Shown in pieces: positions 9,253-18,600 of a stretch of DNA of 64,000 nt (the stretch's first letter is position 1; each line of letters opens with the position of its first letter). The notes under the pieces were generated by a model. The model had not been told where the DNA came from and searched no databases. It saw nothing but the letters and a program-made list of their open reading frames with translations. Source of the DNA: Candidatus Minusculum obligatum (GTDB lineage: Bacteria; Patescibacteriota; Minisyncoccia; Phycocordibacterales; Phycocordibacteraceae); assembly GCA_045401155.1 (NCBI GenBank), contig CP174360.1, positions 233,403 through 297,402 of the forward strand, in the 5' to 3' direction. Position numbers and translations under genes: made by a program.

Positions 9253-11739
9253 ATGATGGATATGCTCAGTCGAGTATTTGGAGGAAAACCAGGCGCTTCA
9301 GAAGTGAAGCGTTTTACACCTGTAGTTTCGCAAATTAATGCTCTTGAGGAAGAGTTTAAAGGAAAAACTGATGAAGAGCTTATTGCGGTTACAGAGTCTC
9401 TCAAGAAAGAGTTAAAAGATGGCGCATCATTTGAAAGCGTACTGCCACGAGCATTTGCAAATGTGCGAGAGGTCTCAGCGCGTCGCTCTGGCATGCGTCA
9501 CTATGACGTACAGCTTATAGGAGGACTCATTCTTACAGATGGGAAGATTGCAGAGATGCGTACGGGAGAAGGAAAGACACTTGTGGCGACACTTCCAGCG
9601 TATGCGCATGCGCTTAAGGGTAAGGGGGTACATGTTATTACGGTGAATGATTATCTTGCTCGTCGAGATGCGGCATGGATGGGGCAAGTGTATTACGGTC
9701 TTGGTATGAGTGTTGGGGTTACCACTGGTGCGGGTGCATTTATATATGACCCAGAGCACCCAGAGGTAGATGAGAAAAGAGATGAGGAAGGATTTTTCAA
9801 AATTTATGAAGAATACCTTCGTCCATGTACAAAGAAGGAGGCATACGAGGCAGATATTACATACGGTACAAACAATGAGTTTGGATTTGATTATCTTCGA
9901 GACAATACCGTATACAGCAAAGAGCAGCGAGTGCAGCGTGGTCATCACTTTGCGCTTGTCGATGAGGTGGACTCAGTATTGATTGATGAGGCACGTACAC
10001 CTCTTATTATTTCTACTCCAGATACAGAGCGGGAGAATCTGTATGAGCGCTTTGCGCAGATTGTGAAAGGCTTTACAGAAGAGGACTACACAATTGATGA
10101 GAAGCAGAAGGCGGTGCAGATTTCAGACTCTGGTATTGATAAGGCGGAGCGTGCGCTTAATGTAGATAATCTATATGTAGAAGGAGGAGTAAAGTACGTA
10201 CATCTTCTTGAGAATGCGATTCGTGCAAAGGCTTTGTTTAATAAAGATAAAGAGTACGTAGTTAAAAATGGTGAAGTAATTATTGTCGATGAGTTTACGG
10301 GGCGTATGCAGCCAGGGCGACGATGGAGTGAGGGATTACATCAGGCTGTAGAGGCAAAAGAAGGCGTGCAAATTCAAAGAGAGAGTAGGACACTTGCTTC
10401 TATTACGTTCCAGAATTATTTCCGTATGTACGATGAGCTTGCCGGTATGACTGGTACCGCACTCTCTTCAAAGGAGGAACTTTATACTGTGTATGAACTT
10501 GATACGGTTCCTGTGCCTACACATCGGGATATTCAGCGTATTGATCACAATGACCTTATTTTCCAGACTGCAAAAGGTAAGTATCAAGCGCTTGCAAAGA
10601 AGGTGAAGGAATTACATGAGAAGGGGCAGCCGGTACTTATTGGTACGGTTTCTATTGATGATAATGAAGTGGTAGATCACGTGCTTACTGATGCAAAGAT
10701 TCCGCATGAGGTGCTTAACGCAAAGAATCATGAGCGAGAGGGAGAGATTGTTGCTGATGCGGGGCGCAAAGGTGGCGTTACGGTTGCTACAAACATGGCA
10801 GGTCGTGGAGTTGATATTAAACTCGGAGGAGAGTCTGCAACTAAAGAAGAAGAAGAAGAGATCAAGAAGCTTGGAGGGCTCTTTGTGATCGGTACAGAGC
10901 GACATGAGGCTCGACGTATCGATGATCAGCTTCGTGGACGTTCAGGGCGTCAGGGAGATCCAGGGGAAACACAGTTCTATGTGTCACTTGAAGATAAGCT
11001 GATGCGTATCTTTGCCACAGATTCTATAAAAGCAATGATGGGGCGTTTTGGTATTCCAGAAGATGAGCCTATTGCAAACAAGATGATCACCGGAGCACTT
11101 GAGAACGCACAGAAGAAAATTGAGGGCGTAAACTTTGATACACGTAAGCAGATTCTTGCGTATGACGATATTCTTAATCACCAGCGACAGATCTTCTATG
11201 AGAAGCGCAATACAATCGTAGATGGAGAGAAAGAAGATATTGAAGCTTACATTAAGAGTGTTGTTGCAGGTACTCCTGCAGAGGAGGCGCTTAAGAATAA
11301 AGAAGAAGCTTTTGGAGAAGAGAAACTTTATACAGGTATGCGGGGATTGCTACTACAACTTCTTGATGCACTGTGGCTCGATCATCTTGAGACTATGGAG
11401 TACCTACGACGATCTGTATCGCTTCGGGCGTACGGGCAGCGTGATCCACTCATCGAGTATCGTCGGGAGGGTCTACGGCTCTTCAAAGAGCTTGAGGAGG
11501 CTATTAATGCTCGTATTGTTGAGCTTGTTCCGCACATTGAAGAGAAGAAGTCTGAGCCAAAGCCGGTTGAGATTGTGATGGAAGGTGGATCAGAAGAGGC
11601 AAGTACAACCACTGTAGTAAAGGGTGATAGTTACGGTCGTAATGATATGGTGAAGGTGACAGATGGAAAGGAGGTAAAGGAGATGAAGTACAAGAAAGCA
11701 GAGGCACTTCTTGCTGCTGGTTGGCGTATCCAAAAATAA
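9253..11739 (+). CDS. secA: Preprotein translocase ATPase SecA
   Basis: AEMRTGEGKT, VDEVDSVLIDEARTPLIIS, TNMAGRGVDI, QLRGRSGRQGDPG. Confidence 0.98.
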   Translation: MMDMLSRVFGGKPGASEVKRFTPVVSQINALEEEFKGKTDEELIAVTESLKKELKDGASFESVLPRAFANVREVSARRSGMRHYDVQLIGGLILTDGKIAEMRTGEGKTLVATLPAYAHALKGKGVHVITVNDYLARRDAAWMGQVYYGLGMSVGVTTGAGAFIYDPEHPEVDEKRDEEGFFKIYEEYLRPCTKKEAYEADITYGTNNEFGFDYLRDNTVYSKEQRVQRGHHFALVDEVDSVLIDEARTPLIISTPDTERENLYERFAQIVKGFTEEDYTIDEKQKAVQISDSGIDKAERALNVDNLYVEGGVKYVHLLENAIRAKALFNKDKEYVVKNGEVIIVDEFTGRMQPGRRWSEGLHQAVEAKEGVQIQRESRTLASITFQNYFRMYDELAGMTGTALSSKEELYTVYELDTVPVPTHRDIQRIDHNDLIFQTAKGKYQALAKKVKELHEKGQPVLIGTVSIDDNEVVDHVLTDAKIPHEVLNAKNHEREGEIVADAGRKGGVTVATNMAGRGVDIKLGGESATKEEEEEIKKLGGLFVIGTERHEARRIDDQLRGRSGRQGDPGETQFYVSLEDKLMRIFATDSIKAMMGRFGIPEDEPIANKMITGALENAQKKIEGVNFDTRKQILAYDDILNHQRQIFYEKRNTIVDGEKEDIEAYIKSVVAGTPAEEALKNKEEAFGEEKLYTGMRGLLLQLLDALWLDHLETMEYLRRSVSLRAYGQRDPLIEYRREGLRLFKELEEAINARIVELVPHIEEKKSEPKPVEIVMEGGSEEASTTTVVKGDSYGRNDMVKVTDGKEVKEMKYKKAEALLAAGWRIQK

Positions 11740-11745
11740 AATACT

Positions 11746-12753
11746 ATGGCATTCGTAGATGAGGTATACATATTTGCCCGTGCGGGTAATGGAGGAGACG
11801 GTGTTGTTCGTTGGTCTACTTCACGTGGGAAGCCAAAGGGAGGGCCTGCAGGAGGAGATGGAGGTCGTGGAGGAGACGTATATTTTGAGGCCGTACGAGA
11901 TCTCGCATTTTTGAGCACATATCGACATACTAAAAGCTTTGCCGCAGAGGATGGGGGAGATGGAATGAAGAATGATATGGAGGGTAAAAATGGAGAAGAT
12001 CTCATTCTCCAGGTTCCTGTGGGAAGCGTGGTAGTAAATAAAGACACTGACGAAGTGTTTGAGCTTGTTCATGAAGGAGAGCGGGTGCGTGTGCTTCAAG
12101 GTGGTCGAGGAGGTTTTGGAAACACTCATTTTAAAAGTTCTCGCAACGTTGCGCCAAGGCAGTCTACGACCGGGAAGCCAGGAGATCGAGGCAATTTTCA
12201 TATTGAACTAAAACTTTCTGCCGATATCGGCCTTATCGGATTTCCAAATGCAGGGAAGAGTTCACTATTAAACGCGCTTACAAATGCAAAGTCGCAGATT
12301 GGCGCATATCCATTTACGACACTAGAGCCACATCTCGGAAGCTTTTTTGGATACGTGCTTGCAGATATTCCTGGTCTTATCGAAGGCGCTTCATCTGGGA
12401 AGGGGCTTGGAGATAAGTTTTTACGCCATATCTCGCGTACCCGAGTATTATTTCATCTTGTTTCAGCAGAAGAGGAGGATGTATTGGAGCGATATCATAC
12501 TATCCGAGATGAGCTAAAAGCCTACGGAAAGGGGCTAGATGAGAAGCGCGAGATTATCGTGTTGTCTAAGGTAGATACTGTAGACCCTGAATCACAGGAG
12601 AAATATGTGAAAGAATTAGAGGGAGAGGGGAAGGAAGTATGGGTACTCTCTGTAGAGGATTCTAAGATTTTGAAGGAATTCTCAGCCAAAGTGTCACAGT
12701 TGCTTCAGGAGGAAGAGGCTAGTAAAGTAAAGGAAACGGAAGAAGATGTCTAA
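11746..12753 (+). CDS. obgE: GTPase ObgE/CgtA
   Basis: Gly-rich Obg fold; GFPNAGKSS, YPFTTL, DIPGLIEGAS. Confidence 0.97.
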   Translation: MAFVDEVYIFARAGNGGDGVVRWSTSRGKPKGGPAGGDGGRGGDVYFEAVRDLAFLSTYRHTKSFAAEDGGDGMKNDMEGKNGEDLILQVPVGSVVVNKDTDEVFELVHEGERVRVLQGGRGGFGNTHFKSSRNVAPRQSTTGKPGDRGNFHIELKLSADIGLIGFPNAGKSSLLNALTNAKSQIGAYPFTTLEPHLGSFFGYVLADIPGLIEGASSGKGLGDKFLRHISRTRVLFHLVSAEEEDVLERYHTIRDELKAYGKGLDEKREIIVLSKVDTVDPESQEKYVKELEGEGKEVWVLSVEDSKILKEFSAKVSQLLQEEEASKVKETEEDV

Positions 12754-14152
12754 ATACAAACCAACAATTGGACTTGAGATTCATGCGGAGCTAAAGACAG
12801 CTACGAAGATGTTTTGTGACTCTAAGAATGCGCCGCATGCAAGTGAGCCTAATACGCACGTATGTCCTATTTGTATGGCGCACCCAGGAACACTTCCTGT
12901 GATCAATAAAGAGGCGGTACGACATGTGTGTCGTGTGGGAGTTGCGCTTGGCGCAAAACTTGCAGACTTTACCGAGTTTGATCGGAAGAATTATTTCTAT
13001 CCAGATATTCCAAAGGGGTATCAGATTAGTCAGTACAAGTATCCTCTAGTCTCTGGAGGAAGTTTAAATAATATAGAGATCACACGTGTGCATCTTGAAG
13101 AAGATACTGCGCGATCTTCTCACAAGGGGAATGAATCACTCATTGATTTTAATAGAGCGGGAGTTCCACTTATGGAGCTGGTGACGGAGCCGGTGATTCA
13201 TTCAGCAGAAGAGGCGAGTGCATTTGCCCGCGAACTTCAGATGCTTCTTCGTACACTTGGGGTGTCAGATGCAAATCTTGAGAAAGGGGAGATGCGTATC
13301 GAGGCAAATATTTCTATTAGTGATACTGATGCGCTTGGAACAAAAGTTGAGGTTAAAAATCTAAACTCATTTAGATCAGTTGAGCGTGCGATTGCGTATG
13401 AGCTTAAGCGACATGAGAAAGTGCTTGAGGAGGGAGGAGAGCTTCTTCAGGAGACTCGTGGATGGGATGAGGGTAAGCAGGAGACATTCTCTCAGCGTCT
13501 TAAGGAGGGTGCTGCGGACTATCGATATTTCGCAGAACCAGATCTTCCAAAATTGAAACTCTCAGAGATTCCAGAGTTTGCAGAAGATGTGTTGAAAGAA
13601 ACTCTTCCAGAGCTTCCGTGGGAGAAGCGTACTCGCTACGAAGGTCTTGGACTTAAGGAAGAAGATGTTACGTATCTTGTATCAAGTGTTGAGCGGGCAG
13701 AGTTTTTCGATACAGTGCTTGAGTCTATTGATGAGAAAAATATTGCAAAGGCAGTTAACTACCTAACCTCAGATGTTGCTGGTTTTTATAATGAGGTAGA
13801 TACACCAGAGTTTGAGAAACTCTCACCTAAAGCATTTGCAGAAGTGATTAGCATGCTTGCGGCAGATGAGATTTCATCTCGGGGAGCAAAAGATATTCTA
13901 CGAGTCCTTATGGAGGAGGGAGGAGAAGCACGCACTGTTGCAGAAGAAAAGAGTTTATTCCAAGTACAGGACACAGAGGCTCTTAAAGAAGTAGTGCTTG
14001 AAATCATCAAAGAAAATGAATCTGTTGTTGAGGAGTACAAGGGAGGTAAGGAAGCATCTCTTCAGTTTTTGGTAGGGCAAGGTATGAAGAAAACTAAAGG
14101 TGCTGCAAACCCGGGTCTTCTAAAAGAGGCTATTCTTGCCGAGATAGGCTAG
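12746..14152 (+). CDS. gatB: Asp/Glu-tRNA amidotransferase subunit B
   Basis: IGLEIHAEL, RKNYFYPDIPKGYQISQ, HLEED, VEVKNLNSF, DYRYFAEPDLP. Confidence 0.97.
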   Translation: MSKYKPTIGLEIHAELKTATKMFCDSKNAPHASEPNTHVCPICMAHPGTLPVINKEAVRHVCRVGVALGAKLADFTEFDRKNYFYPDIPKGYQISQYKYPLVSGGSLNNIEITRVHLEEDTARSSHKGNESLIDFNRAGVPLMELVTEPVIHSAEEASAFARELQMLLRTLGVSDANLEKGEMRIEANISISDTDALGTKVEVKNLNSFRSVERAIAYELKRHEKVLEEGGELLQETRGWDEGKQETFSQRLKEGAADYRYFAEPDLPKLKLSEIPEFAEDVLKETLPELPWEKRTRYEGLGLKEEDVTYLVSSVERAEFFDTVLESIDEKNIAKAVNYLTSDVAGFYNEVDTPEFEKLSPKAFAEVISMLAADEISSRGAKDILRVLMEEGGEARTVAEEKSLFQVQDTEALKEVVLEIIKENESVVEEYKGGKEASLQFLVGQGMKKTKGAANPGLLKEAILAEIG

Positions 14153-14178
14153 AAAATAAGGTTATCTCGTTGTTATTC

Positions 14179-14208
14179 TTGCCGAGACCGGAGGGTCTCG
14201 GCTATAAT
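14179..14208 (+). promoter_or_regulatory. Promoter with a perfect dyad filling the -35/-10 spacer
   Basis: TTGCCG-N18-TATAAT; GCCGAGACC-GGAG-GGTCTCGGC at 14181-14202; ATG 7 nt after the -10. Confidence 0.65.
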
Positions 14209-14215
14209 ATATGTA

Positions 14216-14992
14216 ATGAAAGAGCTTACATTAAACGGGCGCACGTATTTGAGCACGAAGCGCGCAGCAGAAATTACTGGTTATACAACAGACTATGTCG
14301 GGCAGCTTGCTCGACAGGGAAAGGTGGATGCGCAACTTGTTGGGCGCAATTGGTATATAAGTGAAGAGGCAATTAAAAAGCACAAGTTTGGAGAGGCTTC
14401 GGTAGTGATAAAAAGAGAAGAGGAAGAAGTATCAGCTCCGCAGCTTGAAGTTCTTGTAAGTGCCACTGATGATGTTCTTGAAGTGGATGAAAAAGAAGAG
14501 GTTCCAGTTGAAGAAAACGTTGCAGAAGAAAAAGTTTCATCAGAAAACTCTCTTACAGAAATGCAAAGTGCGTGGCAAGAATGGTACAAGGCTCAACGAT
14601 CAGTTCCTACAGAAGAGGAAGAAGTTTTCTTAAGCAAAAATGATATTGAGGAAGAGAAGGCTTCAGAAGAAGTTTCTGTACCGATAACTAAAATGGAGTC
14701 TCCAAAAATAACACGTATTAACAATGATGTTAGTGCACCAACAGAAGTTGTTGAAGTTAAGCATGAAGAGGAGCGTGCACCCATGCCCTCACCTGTACAG
14801 GTAAGAGATCTTCCAGCAAAGCGTTCATGGACAGGAACAGGGTTGGTCGCTGCTGCGCTCGTAGCAATTCTGTTTGTAGGTGTCATTACAGTTTCTACTA
14901 CGTACGTACTCACAAAAAATACGGATACGCCTGTTGCAGCAGCTTTTCAAAGTCTTGAGGATTACCTACTTGGAATCAAGCGAATTGAATAG
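14216..14992 (+). CDS. Xis/BldC-type HTH (HTH_17-like) protein with acidic linker and C-terminal TM anchor
   Basis: YLSTKRAAEITGYTTDYVGQLARQGKVDAQLVGRNWYI; TM GLVAAALVAILFVGVITV. Confidence 0.75.
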   Translation: MKELTLNGRTYLSTKRAAEITGYTTDYVGQLARQGKVDAQLVGRNWYISEEAIKKHKFGEASVVIKREEEEVSAPQLEVLVSATDDVLEVDEKEEVPVEENVAEEKVSSENSLTEMQSAWQEWYKAQRSVPTEEEEVFLSKNDIEEEKASEEVSVPITKMESPKITRINNDVSAPTEVVEVKHEEERAPMPSPVQVRDLPAKRSWTGTGLVAAALVAILFVGVITVSTTYVLTKNTDTPVAAAFQSLEDYLLGIKRIE

Positions 14993-15099
14993 TTATTCTA
15001 TCCGAGATCTCCGAGATAGGTTATAAATAAAGCATATATCGGTCACCGAGATATCCGATAAGTCAGTAAAAGTAAGGTAAATAGAGCTTGGAGTGGTGT

Positions 15100-15132
15100 A
15101 AAAGCCCAGGAAACACAATTCCTGGGCTTTTT
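15100..15132 (+). terminator. Intrinsic terminator
   Basis: AAAAGCCCAGGAA-ACACAA-TTCCTGGGCTTTTT. Confidence 0.8.
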
Positions 15133-15656
15133 GTACAAGTCTTTGTAGAGAAAGATTCTTTATATACTCTTTCTTTGCTTAAGCAACTTATATCCTTAGG
15201 AGTTTTTTATTTAAAAATATCTCGGATACATATATATAGGTATAAGGGCAGGCGTATCTTCAAATATTAAGACCCTCAAGTTTTATTTTTTTATTGATTT
15301 ATATAGCTATTCTTTCAGTTCGTTAAAATTTTGTGTCGCAAAACAGCTTATATAAATTTACTTTATAAAAAATCCATTTCATCATTTCGAGTAAGTGTTT
15401 TTTGTTTGAACTGGGTATTTAAAATACGTTTCTAGTACAGCAGGTTTATGTGTAGTGTTTCTTTGGAGAAATATTTAATACTTTTCAAAGTAAATTTTGC
15501 TTCGAAATAAGAGGTTTAACAGTTTAATTTTTTATAATTCTCGGTAGGAAAACTTTTCTACGTAAACTACGTATTTATTAAAAAAGTATCCACATACAAA
15601 GTGCGTCAATACGGGAAATATTAGGTAAAATAATAGGGAAATCGTATATCCGTACT

Positions 15657-18600
15657 GTGTCTGCCGATTCAGAAAAATTTATTCCAACAAAGGAAGCTGC
15701 GTCTCTAGTCGGGCGTACTTCTGATTACGTTGGTCGACTTGCTCGAGAAGGGAAAATACCTGCGAGTCGGATTGGTCGATCTTGGGTTGTGAGTAAAAGA
15801 GCACTTCTGGAATATTTTGATGTTCAAGAGTCTGTAAAAGAAATTAAAAAAGAAAAACTTTCTCAAACAAGAAAAGAAGAATACAAGGAGGTCCAGAGGC
15901 CAAAAGCTAACGTTGGAAAAAGCTTAACAATTTTTGTTCAGAAGCTGCCAGTTGAAAATCTTGTTTCTTTTGCAGTTGCGGTCCTTGTTGTGTTTGGAAG
16001 TTTTTCTCTAGTGCATGCTTCTGGTTTAGCAAAGCTTCCAAAAGTTGCTCTTGATGTGATTCATGAAAAGGTTGTCTCTTTGAATCGAGGAATTGCAAGT
16101 GCAACAAACGGTCCTCGTCCAACATATGTAGGGAACTACGTAGTTGAAAAAGAAAACTTTGAAGTAGAGGGGTTTGAGATGAACAATATTTTTGCATCAG
16201 CCCTCGAAGGGTTTGAGAGTGTTGGAGAAGGTTTTGAATATCAAGGATTTTCAAAAAAGAATGACTACGTAGTTGAAGGTGATGATGGTCTGTCTCTCGT
16301 TGCTGTTTGGAATAATTACGTTGCACTAGGAGAAGGGATCGTGGAGACCTCTCATGTTTTGTCTCAAGCATATGTAGATCTTGTGCACGCGTTAGGTAAG
16401 GGGACTCTGCAGAACGCACTTGCCGCGAGAGATCTCTCACGAGCACTACATAGAAACACATTTGTTGCATATGAGTCTGGCGTGAACACTTACGTGAGTT
16501 CTCTTCAGGTAGCTCCAGATGCGTATACGGGTGCTGTATACGCTTTCGTAGATGAGAGTTATAAGATTACTAATGCTTTCGCTAAGGCTCCACTTCAGGT
16601 TGGTAATGCGATTCTTTCTTCGTCTCAGTCTATTCCTGAAGGGAACCAAAAGATCGGTTCTGGATTGCGTATAATAATGCCGGCTTTAGGTGAGGCTATT
16701 ATTAGCAGCCATGAACGTCTTGTGTATGGTTTTGTCGAGTCTTCATACGCTGTTGTAGATGCGTATAAGGATTCAATTATGCGTGCTGGTGACCATGTTG
16801 GAGGAGCGTATGCTTTTGCTCGTTTTGATTTGCCACCTAAGGTCGGCAAGGGTCTCGCAAATGCCTTTATGGCAACTACAGATGTTGTAGACGAGAGTGT
16901 AGAGCGCGCAGGAGAATATCTAGCGCAAGCATACATTGTACCAGCCGTTACAGTTACTTTGTCTGGGATTGAGGGTGTTCAGCATGATGTAGAGGGCTTC
17001 TCTAAAAATCTTGCGTCCGGGACTATTGCTAAAAAGAGTCTTTTTGAAGATGTTGCAGAGTCTGCACAGGCAAATGTTGTGGATGGTGTTCAGAACTTCT
17101 TTGCTCGAATCTTTGGGCGCGGAGAAGATCCTGTGCTTCTTGTAAACCCAGGGCCAGCTCAGACGAATGTTGTTATTAAAGAAGATGAGCCTGCGGTAAT
17201 CACTCCTGGAAACGTTGTTCAGAACTTCTTTGCAACAACAGATGTAAGTAAGAGCTACGTAGATGCCGGTATTACTTCATTGCATGCTGCGCTTTCTGCA
17301 GAAATACAAAAGCTTACTTCATTGAACCGCAACCAGATTATTCAGAACATTCAAACTACACATGTTCTTAATCGAATTGAAGATCTTACAGATACAATTC
17401 TTCGTACACCTGAAATTATCGGAGGAACACTCGATGATGTAGACATTCGAGGAAATTCTAATTTCTCAGGAAACACAGTCTCAGGAAATGAGTTTATTGG
17501 TGGTACCGCAAGCTTTGGAACAACAACTGTTTCTGAGATTAACGTAACAAATAACATTACAGCAGGAGGAGTACTTTCTGTTGCAGGTCTTACATCAAAC
17601 GGAGTTCTAACAGGACCGTACTTTACTGCAACAAGTACCACTGCAACTTCTACATTTGCTGGAAGTATAGCGGTTGATACAGACGGGTTCGTGTATGCAA
17701 CAAGCACTCGAAATGTTGGTATTGGAGTACTCTCTCCAAGTGCGCTTCTTTCGCTTCAAAACTCTACAAGTACACAGCCAATTGCGACGTTTGCAAATGA
17801 TTCTGGTTCTGAGTTATTCCGGTTTACAAATACTGGATATTTAGGAATTGGAACAACAAGTCCATATGAAGCGCTTTCAGTAGATGGAAATGGTGTGTTT
17901 ACAGGAACACTTACAGCAGGAGCAACGACGCTTTCGGGGGCGTTGGTTGGTACAACGGCAGAATTTACTTCTGGAACTACCACAAATGCTACAAGTACTA
18001 ACTTCTTTGCAACAAATGGGCGGTTTACCAATCTGATTGGCACAAATGCCACTATTACTGCAGCTACAACCACAAACTTCTACGCATCTATTTTTGACGC
18101 CGCGACAGCTGCACTCACAAATCTTGTAGCCACAAACGCCACAAGTACTAACTTTGCAGTTAGCTCTCTTGCACAAGGTTCAGTTCCATTTATTGGAACA
18201 GGGGGACGGTTAATTGATGATAATGCCAACTTCTATTGGGATGATACAAATAACCGTCTTGGCATTGGAACAAGTTCTCCGTATGCGAAGCTTTCTGTAG
18301 TAGGACAAACAGTGTCTGAATACTTTACAGCAACAAGCACCTCGCTTGTATCTACATTTCCGCTTGCGAGTTTTACATCTGCAACATCAACACAGCTTGC
18401 AGTAAATTCTCTGACATCAGGACGCCTGCCGTATGTCACTACAGGAGGTCGGTTGATCGATGATGCAGACCTTACATTCGACGGCACAACGCTTACGGGG
18501 ACAGATTTGATCTTCACTCGAGCAACCACCACAAATGCAACAAGTACCAACTTATCTGTGTCAGGAACCTTTAATGCGGTGACAGGAGGAGCTCAAGCTG

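Larger units (their letters stand above)
14131..15544. repeat. Cluster of CCGAGA(T) motifs flanking the small HTH gene
   Basis: CCGAGA at 14139, 14182, 15002, 15011, 15046 (+) and TCTCGG at 14196, 15220, 15539; 14-bp direct repeat TATTCTTGCCGAGA at 14131 and 14174. Confidence 0.7.

Noticed and set aside
15130-15650. AT-rich spacer as oriC
   Set aside because: Only one imperfect DnaA box, no dnaA/dnaN nearby, and no visible change in gene orientation or G-richness across it.
16134-16274. Intragenic copies of ACTACGTAGTT
   Set aside because: Explained by coding for (N/D)YVV; cannot be supported as regulatory from sequence alone.
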